From an uncultured Verrucomicrobiae bacterium (GTDB lineage Bacteria > Verrucomicrobiota > Verrucomicrobiia > Chthoniobacterales > JAFAMB01), in assembly GCA_963813025.1 (NCBI GenBank), contig CAWEXO010000001.1, forward strand, positions 32,001 through 96,000: a stretch of DNA of 64,000 bases. Direction: 5' to 3'. The notes under the pieces were generated by a model. That model was not told the DNA's origin. It was given only the letters and a program-made list of their open reading frames with translations, and ran no database searches. The position numbers were made by a program, and so were the translations under genes. Below are positions 17,697 to 26,354 of this stretch, piece after piece. Numbering within the stretch: the stretch's first letter is position 1; each line of letters opens with the position of its first letter.

Positions 17697-17828
17697 TTCT
17701 CTCCAAAGTATTACTTACGGATCGGTTGAACGCCAATCAAGCAAAAGAGCTTAAAAAGTAAGATCTTGGAACACGTTCGGGCGTTTATGTGTAGGAGCAG
17801 TGTGTAGTACCATCTTTTATAAGTCGCT

Positions 17829-17901
<73 letters not shown>

Positions 17902-18018
17902 TTTTCCAGGAAGAAATGCGCGCGCTCACCGACAGAAGCGCGTCTCTTTGTATACCGGGAAAAGAATGAGGGCAACCGTGGGCAACGTCCGGAAGTTCCG
18001 CGGCATTTGCCCGGAGTT

Positions 18019-18579
18019 TCAAATCCATCGGCGAACCCGCCGGCAATAATCCAGATAGGAATCGCCAAAGGTTTCGCGCATCAGCTTTTCCTCGAATGGT
18101 ATCAACGAGAAGTGGATGATCCCAAAAAACAAAGCTGGCAAAATCAAGAACCACCAGGATCGACTCAGGAAAAAAAATCCGAGCAGGAAGAGGACGGTTC
18201 CCAGGTACATCGGATTACGCGTAAAGTGGTACGGACCGCTTTCAACAAACACTCGAGGCGGCTGTCCGGGGCGCAACGGCGTTCTGTGCCTTATAAACAT
18301 GAACCAGCCCGAGAAGCCAATCGCGAACCCCACAAACATTAGCAGCTCACCAAACAGCTTCTGGTGAGGAAATCTGAATGGGGCAACCGGCAACAGTGTC
18401 TCAAGGAACCAGGCAACCAGCACCAGGATCAAGGCGAGTATCGGGGGCGGGATAGGCAACGGAGATTTCGAAGTGTCGATTAAACATTGTTGCCCGAACC
18501 AGTCGGAGGTTTCCAGCGTGAAGAGAGAGCCGGGGCTTGCCGAGATCTCGCCAGACCTTGAACCATACCGCCCTCGCAC
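18019..18579 (-). CDS. Isoprenylcysteine carboxylmethyltransferase/PEMT-family membrane protein (true start probably near 18480-18500)
   Basis: SGPYHFTRNPMYLG, EEKLMRETFGDSYLDYCRRVRRWI. Confidence 0.85.
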   Translation of the reverse strand: MRGRYGSRSGEISASPGSLFTLETSDWFGQQCLIDTSKSPLPIPPPILALILVLVAWFLETLLPVAPFRFPHQKLFGELLMFVGFAIGFSGWFMFIRHRTPLRPGQPPRVFVESGPYHFTRNPMYLGTVLFLLGFFFLSRSWWFLILPALFFGIIHFSLIPFEEKLMRETFGDSYLDYCRRVRRWI

Positions 18580-18614
18580 TCACTCAATACATTCTTTTGG
18601 GGTCCGACCGGCCC

Positions 18615-18800
18615 TTACCTCAACCTTGGCTTGACCGCCAATCCCGCGGCGTTCGCCACCTTGGCCTGATCTTTGTCGAATGTGAGAAGCTCGCTGCAGC
18701 CGGTTTCGATCGCAATTGCCACATGCAGCAGATCCAAGGCTCGGGCATTCAGGTTTTGGGTAAAACGGATACTAAGATCTTCCGCGCGATCGAAAGAATC
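18615..18800 (-). pseudogene. C-terminal remnant of a VapC/PIN-domain toxin
   Basis: Manual translation: FDRAEDLSIRFTQNLNARALDLLHVAIAIETGCSELLTFDKDQAKVANAAGLAVKP; no intact N-terminus. Confidence 0.7.
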
Positions 18801-18923
18801 GAATCCGACAAGTTGAGCTCGATCAAAACTCGGGCAAAGCCAAGGAGCTGTTCGAGGCCTGGAGGATCAGAGAGGTATGCTTCAATGGGGCCGCGCCTTT
18901 ATCGGCGCGGATAGGCCGTCTTG

Positions 18924-19310
18924 CTAAGTCGTTCTGGCATAGCGCTCAAATCGCTCGTTTGCGAGCGGTTCGAATTGCGCGAACGATCGGCCGAGCCTTT
19001 TTGCAATATTGCTGCTCTTGTCACTTCTTTTTCCCTCGGCCGGTTGCAATGCGAGCGCCGACAGCGTTTTGGGCGTTACCTGGCCGCTCGCGGAATCGAA
19101 CCGGTCAGAGTTAAGCACGCACGGTAGGGTTTGCAGCTTGCCGTCGAGGTCTATTACCCGCCTTTTCTCGAAGGCATAGACGGCTCCGGAGTACCTCGGC
19201 GGGAACACCTTATCGCCGATGCCGCCGGCGGGCTGGAGTTTTGTGTTGCAGCGGAATGCGGAGCGACTGTCAGTCACCGCTTTCGTGAGTGTCTCCAAAT
19301 CTAGTCTCAT
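18924..19310 (-). pseudogene. csb1: Truncated type I-G (I-U) CRISPR-associated Cas7/Csb1
   Basis: AFRCNTKLQPAGGIGDKVFPPRY...CVL is the Csb1 N-terminal signature; similarity ends near 19110, before the expected DSVQSQANR motif. Confidence 0.75.
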
Positions 19311-19494
19311 GGACGTACTTTCGTTTGTCTAAATAAGCATTCGGAGGTTTTTGTCAGCCACACTTAGATAGGATCTGACAAGCTTTCGGACTGGATGATC
19401 CAGAAATATCTGGCCGATTGGGGTCACCAAATCGAAGAGGATTCAGAATCTGGAGAACCCTTCTGAACGAATGCCTCTTCTGGGACAATGATTC

Positions 19495-19728
19495 TCAACG
19501 TCGGTTAGAACATTCAATCCGGACGAGCTCGCCCGTAGCCGGATCGAAATAGGGCAGGCCGTTCATTTTGCGCCAAGCAATAGTGGACCGCGCATGATCG
19601 CACATCTCTTCGAGGGTCCGCAGTTTCTCTCGAAACGTCAGTTCCAAAAACTCGCGGTGCTGTTGCCGCCGGCTGCCTTTCCATGTCGTGAGACTCCAAT
19701 CGATTCGCGCTTCTTCTTCAGGTGTCAT
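19495..19728 (-). CDS. Small hypothetical partner of the nucleotidyltransferase
   Basis: DWSLTTWKGSRRQQHREFLELTFREKL; overlaps the upstream gene stop. Confidence 0.65.
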   Translation of the reverse strand: MTPEEEARIDWSLTTWKGSRRQQHREFLELTFREKLRTLEEMCDHARSTIAWRKMNGLPYFDPATGELVRIECSNRR

Positions 19729-20239
19729 AGCTGCTCCTTTCCCCGTGCAGGAGGTTTAACTCGTCAATATCCGCTAAATCCTGCGGACGACCTGCCTGAC
19801 GCTTCATTTGAAGGAGCGTCGAAAGACGTAAAATTCGCACGGGTAACCCGGGCGAGGATTCCTGAACGAGGGCACGCTGGTATTCCACTTCGAAGTCGAA
19901 CGGTTCCGTAATAAACAGATCCAATGGAGTCTCGCGATGTAAATCGCTAAAGAAGTTGAGCACCCGCATCTGCTTTTCTATTATCCAGCGGGTGCGTTTA
20001 GCGGGATCGGCGAACTGCTCTGGGGTGATCGGTACACGCGGAAGGTAGCCAATCCTGGCCAGGCTTTGGAAGCATCGGATGATACTATCCTGTTCGAGAC
20101 GAATGACGAGATCCACGTCGCGCGTAATCCGCCCATATCCGTGAGTAACGACCGCCAATCCGCCCACGACGATGAAGCGCACTTCGGCGTTGTTGAGCGT
20201 ATAGACGATAGCGTCAAAGCTGGCAAGTTTCATTGTCAC
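19718..20239 (-). CDS. Nucleotidyltransferase-fold protein
   Basis: IVVGGLAV..HGYGRITRDVDL and MKRQAGRPQDLADI. Confidence 0.85.
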   Translation of the reverse strand: MTMKLASFDAIVYTLNNAEVRFIVVGGLAVVTHGYGRITRDVDLVIRLEQDSIIRCFQSLARIGYLPRVPITPEQFADPAKRTRWIIEKQMRVLNFFSDLHRETPLDLFITEPFDFEVEYQRALVQESSPGLPVRILRLSTLLQMKRQAGRPQDLADIDELNLLHGERSSYDT

Positions 20240-20419
20240 TGGCGGAACAAGTCGTCAAAGCGCGCGCTGAAGCTCAGTATCCCAAGCACTTTTCTAAACG
20301 AATTCCCTGTCGGGAACAATGATTCTGAGGGTACTGCGAGAGGTTTGATGACTTGCGCCAGCCGCCCGGATACGGACGAGGCCGTCCGCGCTACGGAACA
20401 AACCGCTCAAGCCGCTTCT

Positions 20420-20887
20420 TTACGACGTCACCATGACGGCGACGATCACTTGACCATCGCGCCAGTCCGGACCGCGAATGAACAGCGGACTACCCCGGCT
20501 GACCTTGACCTGCGTTTCCAACAGCGGCTGGTCGGCCTGGAAAAGCTGCAATCCGACCAGGTAATCGTCATCCTCTTGCCGGTGTAAATCGGTCAGCAGA
20601 ATCTTGAGATCGGCGGTGAAGATCAGAAAGCGCTGGCCTTGAGCGGTAACTTTGATCCGGCCGTCGGCCAGAACACGCAGATGAGAGTAACCCAGAGCTT
20701 GGGGGAGCCGGTGATTGAACCGAGCCAGAACCGGCGGCACCGAGACGCCGCCGCGATCGTTGGAGGCATAGAGCAGCCAGCCGAGCAATGAATCGCTGGC
20801 TTGAACCCGCCCACTGAAAAGCAGAAAGAAAAGCAGCGCAGGTATCACGTAAATCCTGGGCCCAGTCTTTCGGAGCAGTCGCTTCAA
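20420..20887 (-). CDS. Exported hypothetical protein in the ECF sigma operon
   Basis: Signal peptide-like N-terminus; follows the anti-sigma gene. Confidence 0.7.
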   Translation of the reverse strand: MKRLLRKTGPRIYVIPALLFFLLFSGRVQASDSLLGWLLYASNDRGGVSVPPVLARFNHRLPQALGYSHLRVLADGRIKVTAQGQRFLIFTADLKILLTDLHRQEDDDYLVGLQLFQADQPLLETQVKVSRGSPLFIRGPDWRDGQVIVAVMVTS

Positions 20888-20914
20888 AGTTCGAACCTTT
20901 CGGCCACCGGGCCT

Positions 20915-21400
20915 TCAATGGCTCGGATCCTTCTCTGGAGGCAGTTTATCCAAACCGTTCAACTTGATAATCGTCATGCCCTTCCGATTTTCGACCGTGG
21001 CGGTGACCGCTGACTTTCCCGTTTTCGTCTTTAACACTTCCGCGACATAACCCGACCGGGGATCGGAGAGATTGCCGTGAGGAATCATTGTCAGAAAAAG
21101 CACGGCGCCTCCGGCCAGAGTCAGCAAACCACTCCAGGCCAGCCGGGGAACACCTAACCAACGACGCGACCGAGACGCTCTCCGAACCTTCTCCTGCTCA
21201 ATCTTTTGCCGGATCTGGTCGTTGAAAAAATCGGGATGCGACAGCGGCGGAGACAGGTTTTCCTTTAAGAAGGCCCGCAATTTCCGCATTTCATCTTTCT
21301 CCGCCGGGTCGTGCTCTCGCTCAAAAGCGGTTCGCTCCTCGGTGTTCAGCCGATCGTCCACCCAGGCGGTGTACTTTTCTTCAAAGCTCTTCATAAACAT
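20915..21400 (-). CDS. Putative membrane anti-sigma factor
   Basis: YTAWVDDRLNTEERTAFE N-terminus, one TM helix, overlaps sigma gene stop. Confidence 0.7.
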   Translation of the reverse strand: MFMKSFEEKYTAWVDDRLNTEERTAFEREHDPAEKDEMRKLRAFLKENLSPPLSHPDFFNDQIRQKIEQEKVRRASRSRRWLGVPRLAWSGLLTLAGGAVLFLTMIPHGNLSDPRSGYVAEVLKTKTGKSAVTATVENRKGMTIIKLNGLDKLPPEKDPSH

Positions 21401-22022
21401 CCTTCAGGAGGTTTTGCAGTTTTTTGCGGGCATAAAACAGGCGCGACATCACCGTGCCGATTGAGCAATCCAGGATTTCGGCTATCTCATTGTATTGCAA
21501 GTCTTCCAATTCTTTCATCACGATCACGGCTCGATGGTCGGGGGATAGTTTGCCAATTGCCTCATCAATTCGCTTTCGAATTTCACGCTGTTCCAATTTC
21601 CGGTGCGGGAGCGGCGCTTCGGACGGCGTCGTTCGCGAACCCGGCTCAACTCGCACGGGAGCAATTCGATCGTCGAACTCGGTTTCCCCACGCACTCCTT
21701 TGCGCCGGAGAGAGTCGATCGTGACATTCGTCATGATCCGATAAAGCCAAGTGTAAAAGGAGGACTGACCTTTAAACCGGTGAATTGATCGCCAGGCTTT
21801 CAGGAATCCTTCCTGAGCCAGATCCCACGCGTCCTGTTCGTTTTGGACCATCCCGTACACCATTGCAAAAACCCGTGTACGATACCTGGTTATCAAATCG
21901 CCATAGGCACCGGAATCTCCCGCCTGACACCTCTTCACCAGTTCCACATCGCTCGGCTCAACCGGCTCAGAAGAACTGTTTCCCGCCTCTAGCTTTGACG
22001 AACGCTCGCTAACTTCATTCAA
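21381..22022 (-). CDS. ECF sigma-70 factor (RpoE-like)
   Basis: DAWDLAQEGFLKAW..FKGQSSFYTWLYRI; YNEIAEILDCSIGTVMSRLFYARKKL; start uncertain. Confidence 0.93.
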   Translation of the reverse strand: MNEVSERSSKLEAGNSSSEPVEPSDVELVKRCQAGDSGAYGDLITRYRTRVFAMVYGMVQNEQDAWDLAQEGFLKAWRSIHRFKGQSSFYTWLYRIMTNVTIDSLRRKGVRGETEFDDRIAPVRVEPGSRTTPSEAPLPHRKLEQREIRKRIDEAIGKLSPDHRAVIVMKELEDLQYNEIAEILDCSIGTVMSRLFYARKKLQNLLKDVYEEL

Positions 22023-22045
22023 TGATTTTATTGGAGCGTTAGAGG

Positions 22046-22681
22046 TTAAAAACCATTCCGTCTGCGCCATTCGGCCCGTAATTCGCCCATCAACACGATG
22101 ATGTTGTCGCGAACATGAAAAATACGTTGATAAAGATCGGCAAACTGTCCGGCATTGAGTACGCCGTCGCGATTCATCTGTGTCGCCGCTTCGATCGCGG
22201 TCGTGACGGCCAGCAATGCGCGTTTCAGATAAGCGATCGTCATGCCGATCTCCTCTGATTCGTGGTCGCTCAATGCGGCGGCCAGCTTTGCGCTGGCGAC
22301 GGCGACATGCGAAGCCAGTTTCACCCCCAGCGGATTTGAGGCGACGCTGGGCATTTCGTCAAACAGCTGATCGATCCACACCGTCAAGGCAAAGGCGTTC
22401 TGATAGAGCGGATGCGACTCAAACGATTCTCCGCTTTCCCCTGACTCGCCCGTCTCTTCCTCCTCTGTCTCAAACTCCGCTTCTTCGATCTCCTCGCCGG
22501 ACTGGTCGAGCAGGTGCGGCCATCCCATTTCCTTGGCAATGATCTGGTCGCGATTCGGATCATCGATATACTTTTCGAACAGCTCCATATAGCGCTCGGT
22601 CTTATGATCCTGCTGCTGGAGAAACCGTTCCCAGTCGTACTCGTCCCAGGCCCGCTCGGGTTCCTCGAAGTAATCAGCCAT
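22046..22681 (-). CDS. Acidic helical hypothetical protein
   Basis: Long ORF between rlmN and the sigma gene; start at MADYFEE. Confidence 0.75.
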   Translation of the reverse strand: MADYFEEPERAWDEYDWERFLQQQDHKTERYMELFEKYIDDPNRDQIIAKEMGWPHLLDQSGEEIEEAEFETEEEETGESGESGESFESHPLYQNAFALTVWIDQLFDEMPSVASNPLGVKLASHVAVASAKLAAALSDHESEEIGMTIAYLKRALLAVTTAIEAATQMNRDGVLNAGQFADLYQRIFHVRDNIIVLMGELRAEWRRRNGF

Positions 22682-22704
22682 ACGGGGTTCCTTTATCGCA
22701 GGTT

Positions 22705-23781
22705 CTAAACGCCTGCAAAGCTTTTGTCTCCCATCGTTTGCCGCCGGAGTTGACCGCACGCCGCAGCGATATCGTGGCCTTTTTCCAGCCGAATCGTGGC
22801 GTCAATTTTCCGGGCGCGCAACACTCGCAAAAAGGCGCGCTGCCGCGCGAGCGAAGGCCGCTCCCAGACGAGGCCATCGACGTCATTATAGGGAATCAGA
22901 TTGACCTTAGCCTCAGTTTCCCGGGCCAAGCCGGCTAACGCCGCCGCCTGGTCTAACTGATCGTTCACCTCGTTGATCAAGATGTATTCGAAGGTGATCC
23001 GTTGCTGCTTCGCCGCCCGGTAGAACGCACATGCCTCTAGCAAGGCGGCGATGTTATATTTGCGGTTAATCGGCATGATCTTCTCCCGCACCTCATCAGT
23101 CGCGCCGTGCAGGGAGATCGCAAGCCGCACCTGAAGCGGTTGTGCCGCCAAATCGCGAATGCGTGGAGCCAAGCCGCTGGTCGAAATCGTGATGTGCCGG
23201 GCACCAATCCCTATACCCCAGGAGGCATTGATGATCTCCAGGGCATGGAGCAGATTGGCGAAATTTGCCAGCGGCTCGCCCATACCCATGAAGACGAGAT
23301 TGTTGACCTTTTCTTCGCTGATCGCTTCCACCTGCAGAATCTGTTCGACAATCTCGTCCGCGGTGAGATTCCTGGTCCAGCCCGATAGACCGCTGGCGCA
23401 AAACTTGCAGCCATACGCGCAACCCACCTGGGTAGAGAGACATAGAGTGCGCCGATCGGTTGTCGATCCGTAAAGCGCTGGACTGGCTGGGATAAGGACG
23501 GTCTCAATGAAATTGCCGTCACCCAGGGCAAACAGAAATTTCTGAGTCGTGTCGGCCGAACCAATCCGGCGCGCACAGCGCAAGCTGGAGCTCAGGTAAT
23601 CTGTTGCCAGATTCTTCCGCAGATCCACCGGAAGATTGGTCATAAGCGCAAAATCGCTGCAACGTTTTTGATAAAGCCAGACGAGCAATTGTTCGGCCCG
23701 ATAGTCCGGGGTGTTACGCGAGCGGAACCAGGACCGCAATTCCGGTAACGTCTGACTATAGATTGGCTTCCGCTCGCTCAT
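22705..23781 (-). CDS. rlmN: 23S rRNA A2503 C2-methyltransferase RlmN
   Basis: STQVGCAYGCKFC, FMGMGEP, AISLH, AACGQL. Confidence 0.95.
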   Translation of the reverse strand: MSERKPIYSQTLPELRSWFRSRNTPDYRAEQLLVWLYQKRCSDFALMTNLPVDLRKNLATDYLSSSLRCARRIGSADTTQKFLFALGDGNFIETVLIPASPALYGSTTDRRTLCLSTQVGCAYGCKFCASGLSGWTRNLTADEIVEQILQVEAISEEKVNNLVFMGMGEPLANFANLLHALEIINASWGIGIGARHITISTSGLAPRIRDLAAQPLQVRLAISLHGATDEVREKIMPINRKYNIAALLEACAFYRAAKQQRITFEYILINEVNDQLDQAAALAGLARETEAKVNLIPYNDVDGLVWERPSLARQRAFLRVLRARKIDATIRLEKGHDIAAACGQLRRQTMGDKSFAGV

Positions 23782-23807
23782 CGGTTTTGCGGGCTAAAAG
23801 TCGCATA

Positions 23808-23886
23808 GTGCCGGTGCCGGTGCCAGTGTCAGTGTCAGCGCCAGTACAGTTGGCATCGGCCATCGGCCATTGGCCATTGACTCTTG
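23808..23886. repeat. Intergenic hexamer/heptamer tandem repeats
   Basis: GTGCCG/GTGCCA/GTGTCA run followed by CATCGGC/CATTGGC run. Confidence 0.7.
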
Positions 23887-23887
23887 G

Positions 23888-24394
23888 CTATCGGCAATTT
23901 CCCAAACGCAGTCGCGGCTCGGAGTCCAATACCTCTTCCAGCGTCGGCCAGGCGCCTTCGTCCATCGCTTGAAAGGCGTGCAAATAGACTGCCACAGTTT
24001 CCGGCGGGTATTTGGCCAGCAGCTGATCGATCGTTGCGAGCAGTTCCTCTTTGGGCGGAGCCGGCGGGAGCGTCTCAACAACTCCCTTGCCGTCATGCGG
24101 TATTTTCAAACCGTCGAGAAAATCGCAGATCAGATCGCGTTGGGAATCGAGCAGCCAGATTTGAAGAAGCTGGGCCGAAATATCGTCGGAACTTTTTCGG
24201 GAGAGAGCTTTTTGCAACCAGAGATGGCGCTCCAGCTTCGGTTTGCGCTCGACGTAGACGGGCCGAAGTCGCTGCCGCACAGCCAGGCTCTGCACAGCCG
24301 CCTTATAAGCCGGTTTTTCTCGCTCAAGAACCCGGGACAAAAGCTGGTCCACAAAGGCGGCCGAGCATTGGGCGAAAATTTGGTGACACTTCAT
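23888..24394 (-). CDS. Conserved-looking hypothetical protein
   Basis: 168-aa ORF co-oriented with neighbours; LICDFLDGLKIPHDGKG. Confidence 0.75.
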   Translation of the reverse strand: MKCHQIFAQCSAAFVDQLLSRVLEREKPAYKAAVQSLAVRQRLRPVYVERKPKLERHLWLQKALSRKSSDDISAQLLQIWLLDSQRDLICDFLDGLKIPHDGKGVVETLPPAPPKEELLATIDQLLAKYPPETVAVYLHAFQAMDEGAWPTLEEVLDSEPRLRLGNCR

Positions 24395-24447
24395 TGAGGG
24401 TCGGGTGCAAGAGTTTCATTGTCCGGTCCACGGCGTCAAGGAGGGAA

Positions 24448-24494
24448 GGCCAGTGCCAGTGTCAGTGTCAGTGTCAGTGCCAGTGCCAGTGCCA
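24448..24494. repeat. (CAGTGC/CAGTGT)n hexamer tandem repeat
   Basis: About 7 units seen directly. Confidence 0.8.
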
Positions 24495-24510
24495 CTTCAG
24501 TCGCCATTGG

Positions 24511-25254
24511 TCACCGGTCATCATCGATCATCTGCCGCCTCGGTCGTCTCTTGCGGGCTTGCAGATTGAGCATCTCGACCAAGGTGGAGAACGCCATCGC
24601 AAAATAAATATAGGCCCGATCAATGTGTTGACCTAAACCGTCGGCGCACAGGACTACTCCAATCAAGATCAGGAAAGCGAGCGCGAGCATTCGAATCGTC
24701 GGATGACGCTTTATGACTTTGCTGATGAGACCGGCCGCAACAATCATCACGAGCATCGCGAGAATGATGGCCAGAATCATGATTTCCAGCTGCTGTGCCA
24801 GACCAACGGCCGTGATCACTGAATCAAGCGAAAAGACGATATCGAGAAGCACAATTTGCAGAACAACGAGGCCAAAGAACGCGCCGCTCCCTGGTCTGAT
24901 CGCCGGCGGTTCGCCTTCGAGATTATTATGTATCTCGTGAGTGCCTTTGGCCAAAAGGAAGAGACCTCCGGCGAGAAGCACAAGATCGCGACCAGAGAAA
25001 GCATGGCCCAGCAAGGAAAAGACGGGCGCGGTGAGGTGGGTTAACCAACTGATGAACAGCAGCAGAAGGATGCGGGTGAAAAGGGCCAGGGAGAGACCGA
25101 CCAGACGTGCTCTCCCCTGCTGCATTTCCGGAAGCCGCTCCGCGACGAGCGAGATAACGATGATGTTATCGACCCCAAGAATGATTTCCAGAAAAGTGAG
25201 CGTAGCGAGGCTGACCCAGGCGGCGGGTTCCAAGACCCAGTGAAACAAATCCAT
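24511..25254 (-). CDS. TerC-family membrane protein
   Basis: LEIILGVDNII, GRDLVLLAGGLFLL, DIVFSLDSVITAVG. Confidence 0.92.
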   Translation of the reverse strand: MDLFHWVLEPAAWVSLATLTFLEIILGVDNIIVISLVAERLPEMQQGRARLVGLSLALFTRILLLLFISWLTHLTAPVFSLLGHAFSGRDLVLLAGGLFLLAKGTHEIHNNLEGEPPAIRPGSGAFFGLVVLQIVLLDIVFSLDSVITAVGLAQQLEIMILAIILAMLVMIVAAGLISKVIKRHPTIRMLALAFLILIGVVLCADGLGQHIDRAYIYFAMAFSTLVEMLNLQARKRRPRRQMIDDDR

Positions 25255-25322
25255 GTTGGTGTACCGACTCACCGAACAACGAACCGCGTTGACTTCGAAC
25301 AACTCCACTGGGAAGTCAATCA

Positions 25323-26354
25323 GTGATGCTTTCCACCAACACTGACGCTCAAAACCTCGAGCAACGCGTCGATCGCTTTCTCGCCCAAGGGCGGCCGGAG
25401 GACTTTGAGACCCTGGCCCTGGAAATTTTTGCTTTTCAAAGTCAGCACAACCGGCCGTACGCGCGCTACTGTGAATTTCTGAACGCTCACCCGGCCTCAT
25501 GGCGCGAAGTGCCAGCGATTCCTCAGCAAGCTTTCAAGCGCTCCGAGCTAAAGGTGTCGGAAGACACACACTACGAGTTTCGCACGAGCGGCACTACCGG
25601 TGAAGGTCATGGCCGCCATTTCCTGCCTTCGCTTTCCTTGTACCGGAAAGCGGTCCTGCGTGGTTGGGATTTTGCAAAAATTCCCCGGGATAATTTCTTC
25701 CTTCTGATGCAGTCTCCCCAGGTCGCTCCATTCTCCTCCTTGTCGCGGATGGGAGCATTCCTCAGCGAAAATCGGGAGAGCGGTTTCTACCTCAATGACG
25801 CAGCGAAGATAGACACAGACCGCCTGCGAGATGATCTTGCCGCCCAACGAGAGCCCGCCGTTGTTTTTGGAACCGCTCTTGCCTTTGTGCACCTTCTCGA
25901 GGAACCCTCTTGGCATGTCCATCTTCTCGACGGAAGCGCGTTGGTCGAAACGGGCGGATTCAAGGGTTCCGGACGCGAGATCTCCAAGGGGCGTCTCTAT
26001 TGGGAGTTGTCAGAACGGTTCGCGGTCCCGCAAGCCTCGATTTGGAACGAGTATGGAATGACTGAACTGAGTTCTCAGTTTTACGCTAGCGGAACGGGTC
26101 AGCCCCACTGCGCGCCCCCCTGGGTTCGATTTTTGGTGATCGATCCTCGCACTGGGCAAGAGGCGCCGCGCGGAGAAGTTGGCCTTCTGCGAATCTATGA
26201 CCTGGCCAATCTCTGGTCGGTGCTCGGAGTGCAAACTCAGGATCTTGCGATTGCCGAAGACGATGAAAGCTTTCTCCTGCTGGGACGTGATCTGGCGGCT
26301 CTTCCCCGCGGCTGTTCCCGAGCGGTTGACGAATTGATCGCCCTGGCACGATGA
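25323..26354 (+). CDS. LuxE-like acyl-protein synthetase
   Basis: FRTSGTTG, VETGGFKG, NEYGMTELSSQFY, DLAN, RGCS. Confidence 0.85.
   Translation: MMLSTNTDAQNLEQRVDRFLAQGRPEDFETLALEIFAFQSQHNRPYARYCEFLNAHPASWREVPAIPQQAFKRSELKVSEDTHYEFRTSGTTGEGHGRHFLPSLSLYRKAVLRGWDFAKIPRDNFFLLMQSPQVAPFSSLSRMGAFLSENRESGFYLNDAAKIDTDRLRDDLAAQREPAVVFGTALAFVHLLEEPSWHVHLLDGSALVETGGFKGSGREISKGRLYWELSERFAVPQASIWNEYGMTELSSQFYASGTGQPHCAPPWVRFLVIDPRTGQEAPRGEVGLLRIYDLANLWSVLGVQTQDLAIAEDDESFLLLGRDLAALPRGCSRAVDELIALAR

Larger units (their letters stand above)
1..17828. mobile_element. Integrated phage-related element (satellite-like or deleted prophage); left end lies outside the window
   Basis: Integrase, repressor/xis, recombination and replication genes, cos-like site and terminase genes in phage-like order, ending at the 3' end of a tRNA gene. 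Confidence 0.85.

Noticed and set aside
1..17828. Second copy of the tRNA 3' end (other att site) inside the window
   Set aside because: Not found by eye; expected to lie upstream of base 1
18600..20420. CRISPR array near the cas7 stub
   Set aside because: No regularly spaced direct repeats with unique spacers here or elsewhere in the window
23884..24636. ORF with a (CQ)n tract as a metal-binding protein
   Set aside because: Antisense to real genes; the tract is just the translated hexamer repeat
25255..25322. yybP-ykoY riboswitch upstream of the TerC-family gene
   Set aside because: The region is short and divergent; only a small TTGACTTC/GAAGTCAA inverted repeat is visible and I could not find the riboswitch consensus
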